Positions 63,134 to 64,000 of a stretch of DNA of 64,000 bases are shown piece after piece. The stretch is from the IMG/VR virus record IMGVR_UViG_3300009838_000018, positions 5,177 through 69,176 of that record. One strand, written 5' to 3'. The DNA comes from a virus. How positions within the stretch are numbered: the stretch's first letter is position 1; every line of letters begins with the position of its first letter. The notes under the pieces were generated by a model. The model searched no databases, had not been told where the DNA came from, and was given only the letters and a program-made list of their open reading frames with translations. The position numbers and the translations under genes were made by a program.

Positions 63134-63459
63134 AGGCTATTTGGGTTCACAAGGATGGTGGGTGGAAGGTCATCGAGAACGAGGATTCCACCCGACTCAG
63201 GCTTGTCGTTGAATGCGAGGGTCGGGTGATGTCCCGACCTCTCGAAGGCCCAGGTCCATGGGTTGAGGATGTCCCCTCTGGTCAGGCCAACGGGGTTCGT
63301 GCCTTCATGGCCCAAACGGGACGGATGTACCGGATCGGTGGGGTTGATGGGCTGTGCCTCGTGCTTGAGGAAAACGGGGAGGTTGGGGAGATCCCACTTA
63401 TCAGCCTGTCCCCACGCCCCGTGTGCCCATCGAGGTTCGACAGAGACGATGTTCTGTGA
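63130..63459 (+). CDS. hypothetical protein with C-terminal SRFDR tag
   Basis: Ends PVCPSRFDRDDVL. Confidence 0.75.
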   Translation: MKAIWVHKDGGWKVIENEDSTRLRLVVECEGRVMSRPLEGPGPWVEDVPSGQANGVRAFMAQTGRMYRIGGVDGLCLVLEENGEVGEIPLISLSPRPVCPSRFDRDDVL

Positions 63460-63676
63460 CTTCTGCCCCTGCCAGGACTGCCAAGAGGGACGCTCCGACC
63501 TGAGCCACGCTCAGTGTGAGGACGGCCGCTGGATCTGTGACGTGTGCTTCACCTACGACCTTTGCACGTCAGGGCCGAACCGGAACCCGAACGGCCCTTG
63601 CATGGAGGAGGAATGCCCCCATAGGCCCAAGATCGTCTCGGATTGGCTTCCCTTCAACCCGGAGCCTGACGACTAG
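63449..63676 (+). CDS. small Cys-rich protein
   Basis: CDFCPCQDC..CEDG..CDVC..C..C..CPH. Confidence 0.6.
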   Translation: MFCDFCPCQDCQEGRSDLSHAQCEDGRWICDVCFTYDLCTSGPNRNPNGPCMEEECPHRPKIVSDWLPFNPEPDD

Positions 63677-63960
63677 CACCACTCGTGATCGAGCTGAGCC
63701 ACCTTTCGGGCAAGCCCAAGGATTGCCCTTCTAGCCTCTTCTGGGAGGTCCTCCGGCGGCTCCAAGGGAAGACCGGCATCAAGCTCTCTGGCAGCCTTCC
63801 AGGCGTCAAGAAAGGTCATCCGGTCGATGTGGTCATACCCCGATTGGTAGGCGTCCCTCTTGGCAGCCTCGACCCTTTGCTTGTGGGTTCGGTCGCCCAT
63901 CACGCATCCACCCTGAGAGGAACCGGAGCCATCATGTCGAAGGTGCTCCTCTCCCCACAC
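63673..63960 (-). CDS. hypothetical protein
   Basis: 95-aa ORF, start uncertain. Confidence 0.45.
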   Translation of the reverse strand: MWGEEHLRHDGSGSSQGGCVMGDRTHKQRVEAAKRDAYQSGYDHIDRMTFLDAWKAARELDAGLPLEPPEDLPEEARRAILGLARKVAQLDHEWC

Positions 63961-64000
63961 TTTTCGCAGGTGTACACGTAGACCCCATACTGAGGGGTCA

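Noticed and set aside
4786-63440. Recurrent GGTTCGA as tRNA T-loop fragments or integration sites
   Set aside because: Outside the two real tRNAs it is the common codon choice for R-F-E/D in the peptide tag; several tags use other codons and no cloverleaves form
1-64000. Alternative genetic code (stop-codon reassignment), as in some large phages
   Set aside because: Conserved enzymes are full length in the standard code and TAA, TAG and TGA all end genes with coupled neighbours
1-64000. GGTGTA as an alternative ribosome-binding site
   Set aside because: It also precedes the non-translated tRNA-Lys at the same spacing and appears mainly at operon starts and divergent junctions, which fits a promoter better
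1-64000. Reverse-transcriptase systems (retron, DGR), integrases, transposases, rRNA
   Set aside because: No RT (YxDD), integrase, transposase or rRNA signatures were recognisable

Overview
The window looks like an accessory region of a large (jumbo-type) tailed phage genome. It is GC-rich, holds about 95 mostly small, densely packed genes on both strands in the standard genetic code, and has no cellular core genes. Recognisable functions: three GIY-YIG homing endonucleases, a 2H phosphoesterase, two AAA+ ATPases, HNH, NADAR, HAD, a papain-like protease, a ParB-N protein, thymidine kinase, a GAF-GGDEF diguanylate cyclase, two ATP-grasp proteins, an SGNH hydrolase, a J-domain protein, a DNA methyltransferase-endonuclease fusion, a CCA-adding enzyme and two atypical tRNAs. 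Structure not explained by these annotations: (1) about 22 unrelated proteins share a short, mostly C-terminal motif [ST]-R-F-[ED]-R followed by an acidic/hydrophobic tail, suggesting a dedicated tagging or targeting system; (2) two tagged proteins appear to be mosaics of shuffled major-capsid-protein fragments, and one is frameshifted off its tag by a 23-bp tandem duplication; (3) a GGTGTA element sits 9-11 nt upstream of 22 start codons and 9 nt upstream of a tRNA, consistent with a phage promoter for near-leaderless transcripts; (4) one homing endonuclease carries a recoded replacement for the 3' end of the gene it interrupts. All family assignments come from motif recognition by eye; no database searches were run.
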